A stretch of 64,000 bases of DNA from Azolla caroliniana (taxonomy: Eukaryota > Plantae > Polypodiophyta). The first letter of the stretch is position 1; every line of letters starts with the position of its first letter. This document shows positions 22,650 to 36,387 of the stretch, piece by piece. A model generated the notes under the pieces. It was not told the DNA's origin. It saw only the letters and a program-made list of their open reading frames with translations, and did no database searches. Location: NCBI GenBank assembly GCA_043228905.1, contig JBHGNT010000010.1:5146001-5210000 (forward strand), given 5' to 3'. Made by a program: the position numbers and the translations under genes.

Positions 22650-25600
22650 TCCTCTTCCGGCATGCATCCAGCTTGTCGGGTATCAGCACTTTGGTCAGCA
22701 TATTTGACCTGTTGTCGGCCGTGTGGATCTTCGTTAGCGTGTACTCCTGGTCATCTACTCTTTCCCGGATCCAGTGATACCTTCGCTGGATATGCTTCGT
22801 CCGGGAATGGTAGGCCGCATTCTTAGCAAGGTGGATGGCACTTTGACTGTCGCAATAGAGCCGGTATTCATCTTGCTAGATACCGAGCTCTCTGATGAAG
22901 TCCTTCGTCCATAATATTTCCTTGCCGGCTTCCACAACCGCCATGTACTCCGCCCGCCTCTGTGGTTGACAACGCAACCGTCTTTTGTAGCCTTTACTGC
23001 CACGAAACAGCTCCCCCTGCATATGTCATTACATACCCGGATGTAGACCGGCTGGTATCCACATTAGCCAACATGTCCGAATCGGTGAAACCGTCAAGTT
23101 GAGGTTTTCCGGAGCCGAATCGGAGACACATATTTGAAGTGCCCTTCAAATACCGGAGTATCCATTTGACCGCGTTCCAGTGCTCCTTGCCGGGATTGCT
23201 CATAAACCGGCTCACCACTCTGACTGCGTATCCTATATGTTGGGAGACAGGTCCCTCCGGATGGGAAGGGAGAAGAAAAGTGCTGAGAAGAAAAGTGCAG
23301 ACCCGGTGAGAACCAGATGAGGAGTACTCGGTTACGGAGAGCCGGATGGTATAGACTCGGTGAGAACCGGATGAGGAGTACCCGGCTACAGAGAGCCGGA
23401 TGGTGCAAACCTGGTGAGGAGTGCTCACCGGATGAAGAGACATATTTGTAAATATGTTTTTCTGAGAGTCCATCGTGGCTATATTTGTAAATAGTCGAAA
23501 AGTCATATTAGTATAAATATGACTTAGGGAAAACTTTTATAGTGTTGTTGTTATTCTTGTTCAAGTAAGATCAAAGTGCGTAACTGTGTACAGAGAGAGA
23601 GAGAGAGGAAGAGGTTGTTGCCTCTGTTGTAACCACCGCCTGTGGCAAAGATAGAAAGCTCGAGGTTGTTGCCTCGATGCTTTACTGTTGTACACTGTAA
23701 CATAGTGATAGTTTGCAGCCTGTGGGCTGCCGTGGTTTTTCCCTAGTTTGGGTTTTCCACGTAAACATCCTGTGTACTCTTCTCTTCACTGTGTCGTGCA
23801 TTCATTCCTGTTTTTTTTTGTGTATGATTCTAAGCTCGGTTGTGGCCGAGCGTTGCGCATAAGGAGCGTGTAGTTCTCGTCACTATATCCGGTCGGGTAC
23901 ACACCATTGCGTACATTAGGCTCCCGACGGCAGAGGCATATGGGACCTTCATCATCTCCGCCTTCTCTGCTTTCGTCTTCGGGCTTTGCTTACTGGATAG
24001 CCTGCAGTTTGCCGGAAGTGTCGATCCGACCGGTTTCGCATCTGACATGTTGAACCGCTGAAGCACCTTTGTCACATATTTCTCTTGTGACAGCCACAGT
24101 TGCTTCATTGGCCGGTTCCGGATGATATGCATCCCCAACATTTGTCTTGCCGGACCCAAGTCTTTCATTGAGAAGGTCCGGTTGAGAGCCTTCTTCAGCA
24201 TCCGGATTCTGGCTTGGTCCCGTCCGACGATCAACATGTCGTCCACGTACAGAAGGAGTATCAGGAAGTCGCCTCCTTCGAACTTCTTCACAAACACACA
24301 GTGATCGGCCTGCATCTTGTGGTACCCTTGATCGGTCATGAAGGAGTCGAACTTCCGGTACCATTGTCGGGGAGCCTGCTTCAGTCCGTACAGGCTCTTC
24401 TTCAACGGCAAACGAAGTGCTCCTTCCCTTTCTCCACGAATCCTTCCGATTGCTGAATGTAGATCTCCTCTTCGAGGTCACCGTGAAGGAATGCCGTCTT
24501 CACATCCAGCTGCTCTACCTCGAGGTCCATGCTTGCCGCTATACTCAGCACCGTCCGGATGGAGGTCATCTTTACTACTGGGGCAAATATCTCGTCAAGG
24601 TCCACGCCCTTCTTCTGCTGGAACCCCTTCACCACGATCTTGGCTTTGTATCTTGGGGGGTTGCCGGCATCTCCCGGTTTCAACTTGTACACCCACTTGT
24701 TTCGGAGTGCCCGCTTTCCTTTCGGCAACTCCACCAATTTGTACGTATGGTTCTCATGCAGGGAATCCATCTCATCTTGCATGGCACTTAACCATTTTCA
24801 GCTGTGGGTGTCATCCTTCGCTTCTTCGAAGCTTTCCGGCTCACCCTCATCGGTCAGCAGAACATGCTCTGCATCCGAAAATCTCCGGGGGGCCCTTCTC
24901 TCTCTTAGAGGATATCTCTGTCTTCGGGCTTCGGTAACCGGCTCCTCCATTTGCTCTTTATTCGAATCCGATTCGGGGTCTTGGCCGGTTCCGGTTTCAG
25001 CTTCCTCTACTTCTTCTTCTGCCGGTTCGATATCCTCACCGTAACCGGCTAGTTCCTCGAGTGCTAACCGGTCTCTTGCCGGTTGGGTCTGTTCATTGTA
25101 GAATCTATCCTTACCGGTCGACTCGGAGTTCATTATCTTCTTCTCTGACTCCCAGTCGGCGAGCGTCTTGTCCTCCATGAAGATAATATCTCGACTCCAG
25201 AATACCTTCTTGTCGACCAGGTCCCACACTCGGTAGCCGAACTCATCGTCACCGTAACCGAGGAATATGTATGGCCGGGTCTTTGGATCTAACTTTCCTC
25301 TCCGGTCCTTAGCTACATGCACGTACGCGAGACACCCGAACATCTTCAGATGCCGGTAGGATATTTCCTTACCGGTCCATACTCTCTGTGGTGTGTCTCC
25401 GTCCAAGGGTACTGAGGGTGATCTGTTTATCACATATGTCGCCGTTGACAGTGCCTCAGCCCAAAACTTCTTGGGTAGTTTTGCATGCGCTAGCATACTC
25501 CAGACCCTCTCCATTATGGTCTGGTTCATCCTCTCGCCCAGTTCGTTTAGTTCCGGCGTCTTCAGCATGGTAAATTCGAGTCGGATTCCCTTCGAGCGAC

Positions 25601-27302
25601 AGTACTCCTCGAACTGCCCCCGGTATTCACCTCTGTTATCTGCTCGAACCTCCTTCAGCTTCCGGCCGGTTTCTCTTTCCACTCTCGCGTGGAGCTCTTT
25701 GAAGACGGATAGCACCTGATCCTTCGTCTTCAGCGGTGTGGCCCACAGCTTCCGGCTGTGGTCATCTATGAATGTCACGAAGTACTGCGCTCCGGCATGT
25801 AACTTTGTGTCCACTTGACACACATCAGTATGCACCAACTCCAGTGGTGCATTACGTCTCATCGGTGGCCTTGGTCGGAAGGAGGTCCGGTTTTGCTTAC
25901 CAGCCAGACAATCAGTGCACTTCTCCAAGTGCACGTTCTTCACTGGAATGAGGTTGTCGTCTGCCAGCCTCTTCATCCCCTTCTCGCTCATGTGACACAG
26001 CCTTTTGTGCCACAGCTCACCGGCAGTGTCGGATGCCACGCTCACTTCCTTCGGACATAACCGGGCATTCATCAAGTACAGTGTGTTGGCCTTCCGGGCC
26101 CGAGCCACAATCAGGCTCCCTTTGTTGAACTTCATGACACCCATGTAGCCTTCATCATCTAGCCGACCGGCTGATATCAGGTTCAGTCGAACCTTCGAAA
26201 CGTGTCGGACATTCTTCAACATCAACTTGCATCCGGTTGGTGTTGTCAGTCACACATCTCCTTAGCCGACAATTCGGCATGTACGTTCATTCCCCATCCG
26301 GACACAGCCGTGATCATCGACTGAGTAGGATGAGAAGCATTTCTGGTCCGGGGTAAGGTGGAACGACGCTCCGGAGTCTACCACCCAGGTCATCTCGTCG
26401 CCGACAAGGTTTATCTCACTCTCCTCGGTGATGAGCATCAACTCTTCTTCACTTGCCGTGATTGCCATCGTTTCCTTCCGGTCCGGCCCCCTCCGGTCTT
26501 TACCGTTCCGGTCTGGGGTCCGCTTCGAATCGGTACCGTCGGTTTCCTTGTCTTTTCGGAAATGCCGACAGTTCTTTTGGAAGTGTCCCGGCTTGCCGCA
26601 ATAGAAGTAAGTAGGTCTCCCCCTTCACTTTGACCGTGTCCCCGACTTCTCCCGGTTCTGGGGACTACGGTTTCTTTGTCTTCCGCGTTCCGATTCGGTA
26701 AGGAGCGCTTTGGAGTAAGAGCTCGTATCCTTATCTTTCCGACGCGCCTCCTCATCTAGCAAGCTCGACTTCACTCTTGCTAGGGATAATTGTTTTCCTT
26801 CCGGCCCGGCGTTGCCCAAAGTGACAACCAACGTTTCCCAGCTATCCGGGAGGGAACCGAGCAAGAGTAGCGCTAGTACCTCATCGGCGAGAGGTACTTC
26901 CAATGATGTTGCCTGGTGGATCAGCCCCTGGAAGGCATTCATGTTCTCCGCCATGCTGGAGCCATCTTGGTACCGGAGTCTTACTAGCTTCTGGAATACC
27001 GAAACTTGATTAACAACATTTTTGTTCTGAAACATAATGCCGATCTTCTCCCAGAGCTCATGAGCCTTGCTCTCTTCATTGAAGTTGTTGTATAGGCTCA
27101 TGTCGATGAAGCACCGTATGTACGCCGTTGTCTTCATGTGCATCACCTCCCATATCGTGGCGTCGATTTTGTCCGGTCTCTTGTCCCCAAACTGAACCGA
27201 CAACCAAAGATCTTTAACCACGACCATGTCCCTCATCTTCGACTTCCATACCGAATAGTTGGAGCCGGTGAGCTTGAACATGCCTCCCAACGAATCGTCC
27301 AT
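22650..27302 (-). pseudogene. Copia A gag-pol pseudogene
   Basis: WVVDSGASFH (PR), LWHKRLCH/CTDC (zinc finger), LELVHTDVC (IN), YGLKQAPRQWY and LYVDD (RT), RSTSGY (RH); interrupted by a solo LTR. Confidence 0.92.
23238..23882 (+). mobile_element. Solo LTR of the Copia A family inserted antisense into Copia A
   Basis: Reverse complement of the A LTR with fewer 54-bp repeats; TSD ctata (23233-23237, 23883-23887); splits TRPDI|GYAV. Confidence 0.93.
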
Positions 27303-27331
27303 TTTATGTGTCGTTTCGCTCTGATACCACT

Positions 27332-27598
27332 TGTCGAGAACTATCTGTCCCCTATGCGCAACGCTCGGCCACAACCGAGCTTAGAATCATACAAAAGACA
27401 GGAATGAATGCACAACACAGTGAAGAGAAGAGTACACAGGATGTTTACGTGGAAAACCCAAACTAGGGAAAAACCACGGCAGCCCACAGGCTGCAAACTA
27501 TCACTATGTTACAGTGTACAACAGTAAAGTGCCGAGGCAACAACCTCGAGCTTTCTATCTTCGCCATAGGTGGCGGTTACAACAGAGGCAACAACCTC

Positions 27599-27632
<34 letters not shown>

Positions 27633-28095
27633 CACAGTTACGCGCTCTGATCTCTTGCACCAACAAGAATGACAACAACTATTCTATATAAAAGTTTGCC
27701 CTAAGTCATATTTATACTAATATGACTTTTAGACTATTTACAAATATAGCCTCGATGGACTCTCAGAAACATATTTATGAATATGTCTCTTCATCCGGTG
27801 AGCACTCCTCACCGGGTCTTCACCATCCGGCTCTCCGTAGCCGGGTACTCCTCATCCGGTTCTCACCGGGTCTGCACCATCCGGCTCTCCATAGCCGGGT
27901 ACTCCTCATCCGGTTCTCACCGGGTCTGCACCATCCGACTCTCCGTAGCCGGGTACTCATCATCCGGTTCTCACCGGGTCTGCACCATCTGGCTCTCCGA
28001 AGCCGGGTACTCCTCATCCGGTTTCGGCCTCGACTGAGTTTGCTCATCAGCACTGTTCTTCTCCCTTCCCATCCGGAGGGACCTGTCTCCCAACA
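27332..28095 (-). repeat. 5' LTR of Copia A
   Basis: Adjacent PBS gctctgatacca; direct repeat of 21840-22607. Confidence 0.93.
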
Positions 28096-28101
28096 CAAAA
28101 C

Positions 28102-28620
28102 TGTGAGGAATCGTTCTCGGCCACAACCGAGATCCAAATGTGTAATGGAAGAAACAAAACAGAAAATAGAGATTGATACACTTACACAGAAAGGAGACGA
28201 CATTGTATGTTAACGTGGAAAACCTCGAGAGGCAAAACCACAGGAGTTCGCAAACTCTTAACAAGATCACTATAGAGGAGAGGAAGGCTACAATGAGAGA
28301 CTCAGAAGCAACGACCTCAAGCTCTATGTCTTCGCCGACCGGCGGTTACAACATATACAACTACTTGTATTTCTTTCTCTCACTCTCTATCTCTCTGTCT
28401 CGCTCTGTATAAAGTAGCTAACAGCTCACAACAAGAAATAACTACATTCACCATACGATGAGTTTTGCTCTAGTTATTTATACTCATATAACTTTTTGGC
28501 TATTTACAAGTATAGCCTCAACATGCGCATCCGAACATATTTACTAATATGTTCCTACTTCTGGTTCACACCGCATTCGGTCGGGTACCTTCCGGATTCA
28601 TCTGGTCCGGTTTCCCAACA
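28102..28620 (-). repeat. 3' LTR of Copia B
   Basis: tgtgaggaatcg...cccaaca next to PPT aactccccct; diverged copy at 54410-54976. Confidence 0.9.
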
Positions 28621-29276
28621 AACTCCCCCTTCACTCCGGCATGGGATGTTTTGTCAATCCGATCTATCCCAGACACACGTCTAGCTTCTCAACCGACAAC
28701 ACCTTGATCAACATGTCCGACCCGTTCTCTTCCATGTGGATCTTCGTTAGGGAAAAGTCTATGTCTTCTACCTTCTCTCGGATCCAGTGATATCTCCTTT
28801 GGATGTGCTTGGTCCTAGAGTGGTAGGTTGCGTTCTTTCCAAGGTGGATGGCGCTTTGACTATGACCGCAATAGAGTCAGAATTCCTCCTCTTGAATTCC
28901 CAGCTCTTCGATGAAGTTCTTCATCCCGATTACTTCCTTGCCGGTGTCTACGGCTGCCATGTAATCCGTTTCTATTGTCAACAGTGCCAACGATTTCTGC
29001 AGCCTTGACTGCCACGATATGACTCCCCCTACATAGGTCAGGACGTATCCGGACGTGGACCAGCTGGTATCTACATCACCCGACATGTCCAAATTAGTAA
29101 AGCCTTCCAATAGAGGTTTACTTGAACTGAATTGGAGGCACATGCTCGAGGTGCCTTTCAGGTACCAGAGGATCCACTTGACGGCAACCCAATGCTCTCT
29201 TGCCAGATTGCTCATGAACCGGTTGACCACTCCGACCGCATATCTGATGTCCGGCCGGGTACACACCATTGCGTAC

Positions 29277-32200
29277 TGTAAAGAATCAAGAGATGGATTC
29301 TTGTGAAGCGGAAGAGATATAAGTTGTGTGTGTATGAGAGAGAGAGAGAGAGAGTGAGAGAGAGACAAGGAATACGCAAGGTAAAAGTATATTGACAAAG
29401 GAGAAAGACTCAACACTTTACAAAGTGGGAGGAGGGTGCTTTATATAGTCACCCTCTCTCTTCATTAACTACAAGGCTCATGGAGCATGGGGAATGTGAA
29501 AGCTCATAAGTTATGTGTCATAGAATATGATTCTATGACTCATACTAAATGCTAGAATACAAAGTGGTGACTTAATGGTGACTCTTGACCGTTGGAGTGT
29601 CTATTCACTCTCAAGGTGAGTTCACACACTAGACCAAGTTGAGCTTGATTCTCAACACGCCCCCTCAAGCTCAAGTCGGGTTAGTTTCAGACAGTATCCG
29701 AAATCCGCTTCGACTCGCGTTCCGGTGTCCGCGTTGACTCGCGTCGACTTGCTTTATGCGGAGTTGCGGAATCCGTTGCTCCAGCTTGCGTTGTGCGTAG
29801 TTGCGAAGTCTGTGCTTCGGCTTGCGTCTTTCTTCGCGGCTTTGAGCGGTAGATCGGCTCTTCGCAGCTTCGTTGCGTGGTTTCGGAATCCACACGTTAT
29901 TGCGTAATGCGCGGTTGCGGAATCTACGCGTTATTGCGTAGTGTCTTGCGTACTCCCCCTCAAGCTTGGCAGGTCAGGGATCGTTAATCCGAGATTGGTC
30001 ATGAATTGCCATAGCTTGTCGGCTCCTAAAGCCTTAGTGAAGATGTCGGCCGTTTGAAGATTTGTACTAATGTGTTGTAGGTCGACATCGCCAGCTAGAA
30101 CGCGCTCTCGGATGAAGTGATAGTGCACTTCGATGTGCTTTGTCCGCGTGTGGAACACCGGGTATCGAGCCAGATAAATATTGCTCATGTTGTCGCAGTA
30201 AAGGGAAGTCGAATCCTTGATGGGTAAAAACCCAGATCCTTCAAAATCCTCTTGAGCCATATGGCTTCACACGCAACTACGATTGCGCCCTTGTATTCCG
30301 CCTCCGTACTCGAAAGAGCGACAGTAGGCTGCTTCTTGCTACTCCAGGATATTGCTCCGCTGCCGAGGGAGAAAACAAGTCTAGAGGTTGATCTTCTATC
30401 AGCTTTGTAGCCGGCCCAATCGGCGTTGGTGTACCCCTAGAGTCGTATTGGCATCGCGGTCTTGTAGAGGATGCCGTAATCCATTGTGCCGCTCACGTAT
30501 CGTAGAACTCGCTTAGCGCAATGCAAGTGAGTATCACGTGGTGTTTGCATGAATTGACTAAGGAGACAGACCGGATAACTGAGATCGGGTCGAGTGATCG
30601 TGAGGTAGATGAGACTCCCGATGAGTTGCCGATACTGAGTCGGCTCACACGCTTTGGTGCCGAAGTTCGCATCTAGTTGGAGATTACGATCGAGCGGGGT
30701 TGCCACGGATTTGCACTCAGCCATCCCGAACTTGTATGACAAGTTGAGGATGTAGTGCCGTTGAGAGATCATGATTCCAACCGGAGTCCGAATTACCTCG
30801 ATGCCGAGGAAGTATGGAGCTCCTTCATGTCCATCATCTCGAACTTGTCGGAAAGGAGGGATTTGACTTTATTAATTTCGACGGGATGCTCACCTCCAAT
30901 TACTAGGTCATCCACATATAAAATGATGACGATTAGACTTGCAGAATCACTTCGTATGTAGAGGGAGTTGTCCGATTTTGACATATGGAAGCCGATTTGA
31001 TGAACATATTGCGTTATCTTCGAATGCCAAGCATGCGGTGCTTGCTTGAGGCCGTAGAGTGGCTTCTTGAGTCGGCATACAACTTTCGGATGTGTGCTCG
31101 AGTTGAAGCCGGGTGGTTGTATCATGTACACCTCCTCTTCTAATTCGCCTTGTAGAAAGGTGTTCTTGACGTCCATTTGATGGAGGTGCCACCCTTTCGC
31201 TACAACAATCGCAATTACGGTCTGCACTGTCGTCATCTTTGCCACCGGGGCAAAGGTCTCTTCGTAGTAGACGCCATGCGTCTGAGCGTATCCTTTCGCT
31301 ACGAGTCGAGCTTTGTAGCGGTTGACGGAACCGTCGGCGTTGTACTTCACTTTGTAGATCCATCTGCATCTGATCGCCTTTTTGTGCGGTGAGGTGGAAA
31401 TGAGATCCCACGTCTCGTTCTTCCGTAGTGCCTGCATCTCCTTGTTCATTGCTTCGATCCATCGCGGGTCCTTCGCGGCTTCCGAAAAGGTTTCCGGCTC
31501 TCGTACTGTTGCTATCTTCATCATAAAGGCGTAATGGTATGCCATATAATTGTTGTAGCCGAATCGGCTTACGGGGTTCTTTTCACGAGTGGATCGGCGG
31601 AGCTTCTCGTTTGCAGAGATGAGGGCTTTCTTAGCTCCAATTGGTACCTCGAAACCGCCGAACTCACTGTCGAGTGACTGAGTCGACTCATCGTCGTCGA
31701 CGAGATCGTTTGCGTATTCCACCATTTTCGCCTTGCAAAGGTCCATCATCGGGCTAGGCCGTGATGTGCTTTGATTGCTCAAAGGCTCTTGTGGTCCGCT
31801 CAGTCGGGTCGTGATCGGACTTTCTTCGAACATGTGCGTAAGGCGATCTTCATCCTCTATGTCTTGTTCGGCGGATTCCAGGTCGAGCGGAGTTGGAGTT
31901 GGAGTTGTCTCTGGTGCGTACCAAGATGCGGACTTGTCGAAAACGACATCTCGACTTACTCGAGATTTTCAAGTTGAGGGGTTGTAGCACTTGTACCCCT
32001 TTTGCTCCAATGAGTATCCTACGAGGATACATTTCTCCGACTTCGGGTCAAGATTTTGACGCTTCTCGATGGGGATGTGCACGTACGTTATTGCGCCGAA
32101 TAACCGGATGTGCGATAAGTCCGGCTTCTTTCCGAAGTATTTTTCATGCGGAGTGACCTCGTGCACGCCGGATGTTGTGCACCGGTTCATTAGTTAGACG

Positions 32201-34823
32201 GCCGTATTTGTAGCTTCGGCCCAATATGACTTGGGCATATGCTTCTCGTTTATCATGGTCCGGGCTACTTCGAGGATGTGCCGATTTTTGCGCTCGGCTA
32301 CCCCGTTTTGTTGCGGAGTGTGTCGGCGATACGCCGAATTCCTTCCTTTTGGAGATACGCCGTGAAATTGTCGAAGACGTACTCCTTGCCGCCATCCAAT
32401 CGAAGACAACATTCATGTCGGCCCGTGGCTTTCTCGACTTCATTCTTGAATGTTTGGAAGTGTCCGAACACTTCGCTCTTTTGCCGCATCGGGTAGATCC
32501 AAGTGTACCTAGAGAAGTCGTCGATGAAGAGCATGTAATATCGGCATCCGCTGAATGTCGCCGTTTGTGCCGGTCCCCATACGTTAGAATGGACTACGTT
32601 GAGTAGACCTTTGCTCACGTTCCGCTCTTTCGGGAATGGGTGTCGGTGTTGCTTGCCGAATTGGCACGCTTCACATACACCTTCAATCTCCTTCTCTTTG
32701 AATGTCGGGAGTCCGATGACGACTCCTCTTGATTTCATTGCTTTGAGCTTTTGGAGATTTATATGGCCAATCCGCTTGTGCCATAACTCTATGTTGGAGT
32801 CGGCTTTCATGCCCTTTGCGAACATGGCCGATTTCATCTCGTGTGGGTCAAGAATGAACATTCGGCCCTCTCTTCGTCCGCGTGCAATGAGTCGGCCCTC
32901 TTTTTCGATGAAGCAACCGCCTTGATTAAATCAAACTTGCATCCCTTGCTCTACAATTTGGCCAACGGAGACCAAATTCTTTGTAATGGTCGGTACATGC
33001 AAGCCATTTTTAATGTAATTTTGCTTACCTCCTTTTCCGAACGGAACATTGCCAATGTGCTGAATCGGGTGCGTAGTGTCGTCTCCGGTTTCAACATAGC
33101 CGAGTCGGTCTGGCTCTTGAAGTTCTCGGAACCATTCTTGATGCGATGTCATATGGTTTGAGGCACTGGAATCGACGAACCATACGTCTTCCGGACCGGA
33201 GGCACTAGTTGAGGTAGCGGCCGACATAGAGTTTGCTCTATGTTTCATCATGAACATTCCGCCATGGTCGGAGTTGTGCGCATACATTCCGCCACGATCT
33301 TTGTAGTCGGAGTTGTGCCCATACATTTCGCCATGGTCGTAGTTGTGTGCATACATTCCACCACGATCTTCGTAGTCGGAGTTGTGTGCATAATTCGTGA
33401 GTTGTTGGCTTGTGAAAGCCGATTCACGCATCTTCTTTCGGCACTATTCTTCGTGGTGGCCGAGCTTTCCGCAATATCCGCATTCGGTTGCATTTTGACG
33501 GCTCGGGCCGGAGTGAAAGCTCCCCCTTCGTGCGAAGGTTCCTTGTTGGCCTCCGTTTTGTGGCCGAAATTGGGAGTTGTTGTCGTAGGTCAGACCTCGT
33601 CCGCCTTGTCCTTGGCGGAATTGGCCTCTCGCTCGTCCGCGTCCTCTTCCTCCATTAGAGTGCATGTAGAGCATGTGGGCTTCCGACTCATTGCTCCTTG
33701 TACGCACGTGGTTTTCTTCGACCAATAGCATTGATTGGAGCTCGAAGAAGGAGGGAGATTTCTCCCGTGCTAGAATGGAGGTTCGCATCACGCTGAACTG
33801 TGGTGCGAAGCCGCCGAGGCATATTTGCATCATCTCATCATCATCTATACTTATGCTTATTGAGCCGAGTGAGTCGCAAAGCTCCTTGATCTTCAAGGTG
33901 TATGTCGTGATGGACATGTCCCTTTGTTGAATGTTGTTCAACTCTTGGCAGAGTTGAAGCTTCCTCGTGGTCGTGTTGGCGGCGAAAATCTTTCGTAGAT
34001 TTTCCCACGCTTCCTTCAGCGTCTTGGCTTCTCGAATGTAATCGAGCATGTGGTCGTGAACACATGTCGCCAAACAATACATCACGCGGCTTGCGGCTTG
34101 CTGCTTGCTCCCATGTCGCGTATCCGGGAGCCGCTTCGGTGGGTCGGTCCTCATGCACTCCTTTGATGTAGCTCCAATAGCCTTGTCCGACAAGGTATTG
34201 GTGCATCTTGTACTCCCAAGATGCGAAGTTGTTTTGATCCAACTTCTCGGTAGGGAGAGCACTCCCCATTTGAGTATTCATTATGTCGATTCTTCTTCTT
34301 CTTCTTCTCTCTTCAAATGCGAGCTATGTAGCGAAGCTACGATAGCTATGAACCAGTTCTTGGTCGTCGGCGTAGAGCACAACACACGATCACGATGAGG
34401 CGAATGGGCTAGATTGAGCTACCAAATCGCTCTGATACCATGTAAAGAATCAAGAGATAGATTCTTGTGAAGCGGAAGAGATATGAGTTATGTGTGTGTA
34501 TGAGAGAGAGAGAGAGAGAGAGTGGGAGAGACAAGGAATACGCAAGGTAAAAGTATATTGACAAAGGAGAAAGACTCAACACTTTACAAAGTGGGAGGAG
34601 GGTGCTTTATATAGTCACCCTCTCTCTTCATTAACTACAAGGCTCATGGAGCATGGGGAATGTGAAAGCTCATAAGTTATGTGTCATAGAATATGATTCT
34701 ATGACTCATACTAAATGCTAGAATACAAAGTGGTGACTTAATGGTGACTCTTGACCGTTGGAGTGTCTATTCACTCTCAAGGTGAGTTCACACACTAGAC
34801 CAAGTTGAGCTTGATTTTCAACA
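29277..34823 (-). mobile_element. Ty1/Copia element C (different lineage), nested in B, defective ORF
   Basis: LTRs 29277-29657 and 34441-34823, TSD cgtac, PBS 34429-34440; gag (EAWENL), WFVDSSASNHM, LWHKRIGH, LYVDD, RTKHIEVHYHF. Confidence 0.95.
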
Positions 34824-36387
34824 CGTACATTAGGCGTCCGACTGTTGAGGCATACAATACCTTCATCATCTTAGCTTTCTCTGCCTTTGTCTTGGGTTTT
34901 GTTTCCCAAACAACTTGTAGTTTGTTGGAAGTGTCGACCTGACCCACTTCGCATGCGCCATACTGAATCTTTGGAGCAACTTTGTCATGTACTTCTCCTG
35001 TGATAGCCACAATAACTTCTTCGTCTGATCCCAAACAATGTGTATCCCTAAGATCTGTCTCACCGGTCAAGGCCTTCTTCAGTATCCTGATTTTGGTACG
35101 GTCCCATCCGATGATCAACATGTCGTCTACATACAATATGACTATTAGGAAGTCTCCTCCATCGAACTTCTTCACGAACACACAATGGTCGGCCTACATC
35201 TTGTGGTACCCTTGGTCAATCATGAAAGAGTTGAACTTACAATACCATTGTCGGGGAGCTTGCTTCAATCCATATAAACTCTTCTTCAACCAGCACATAA
35301 AGTTCTCCTTCCCTCTCATGATGATGAATCCTTCCAGATGTTGCATGTAGATCTCTTCTTCGAGGTCACTGTGCAGGAACGTTGTCTTGATGTCCAGCTA
35401 TTCGACCTCAAGGTCCATGCTTGCCACTATGCTTAGGCACCATCCAGATGGATGTCATCTTCACTACTGAGGTAAAGATCTCGTTGAAATCCACTCCTTT
35501 CTTTTGTTGGAAGCCCCTCACCACAATGCGGGCTTTGAACCTTGGTGGATTTCCGGCGTCTCCTGGTTTCAACTTGTATACCCACTTGTTCCGGAGTGCC
35601 CACTTTCCCTTCAACAACTCCGTCAATTCGTATGTGTGGTTTTCATGCAGGGAATCCATCTTGTCTTACATGGCACTTAATCACTTGCGCCTGTGGGCGC
35701 CACTCTTTGCTTCCTCGAAGCTCTGAAGCTCTCCCTCGTCGCTAAGGAATACATGCTCTTCATCCGGAAATCTCCCGGGGGGCCTTCTCTCTCTAAGAGG
35801 ATATCTTCTGTCCCCGGCCAACACAGTCGCTCTTCGACTTCTTCAATCGGTTCTTCATCCGAGTCCGAGTCAACTCTGTGTTCGGCCGACTACCTTGTTC
35901 CCTGTTTGATAGTCGGCCTGACTCTTGGTTCGACTCTGACTGTCGACCCGAGTTCGGTCGACTCTCCATATTCTTCAGTCGACCGTCGGCTTCCGACTGT
36001 TTGGGAGAATGTGTTCTTCTCCAACTCTCAGTCGACAATAGTCTTCTCCTCCATGAAGATTATGCCTTGGCTCTGAGCGACCTTCTTGTTGACTAAGTTC
36101 CATAGTCAGTAGCCGAATTCATCATCTCCATAGCTGAGAAATATGTATGGTCGAGATTTTGGATCTAATTTTCTCCTTTGATCCTTAGCCAAATGCACAC
36201 TTGCAAGATAGCCGAACACTTGTCGGTATGACACGTCTTTGCTAGTCCACACCCTTTGTGGAACATCTCCATCCACAGGTGTTGAGGGTGATCTATTAAT
36301 CACGTACACTATTGTCATCAGCGTCTCAACCCAAAACATCTTGGATAACTTAGCATGTGCGAGCATACTTCGGACCCTCTCCATAAT

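Larger units (their letters stand above)
21840..28095 (-). mobile_element. Full-length Ty1/Copia element A (Tnt1/Tork-like), defective
   Basis: LTRs 21840-22607 and 27332-28095 (TG..CA), TSD caaaa, PBS(iMet) 27318-27329, PPT ~22610-22617; gag-PR-IN-RT-RH with stops and frameshifts. Confidence 0.95.
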
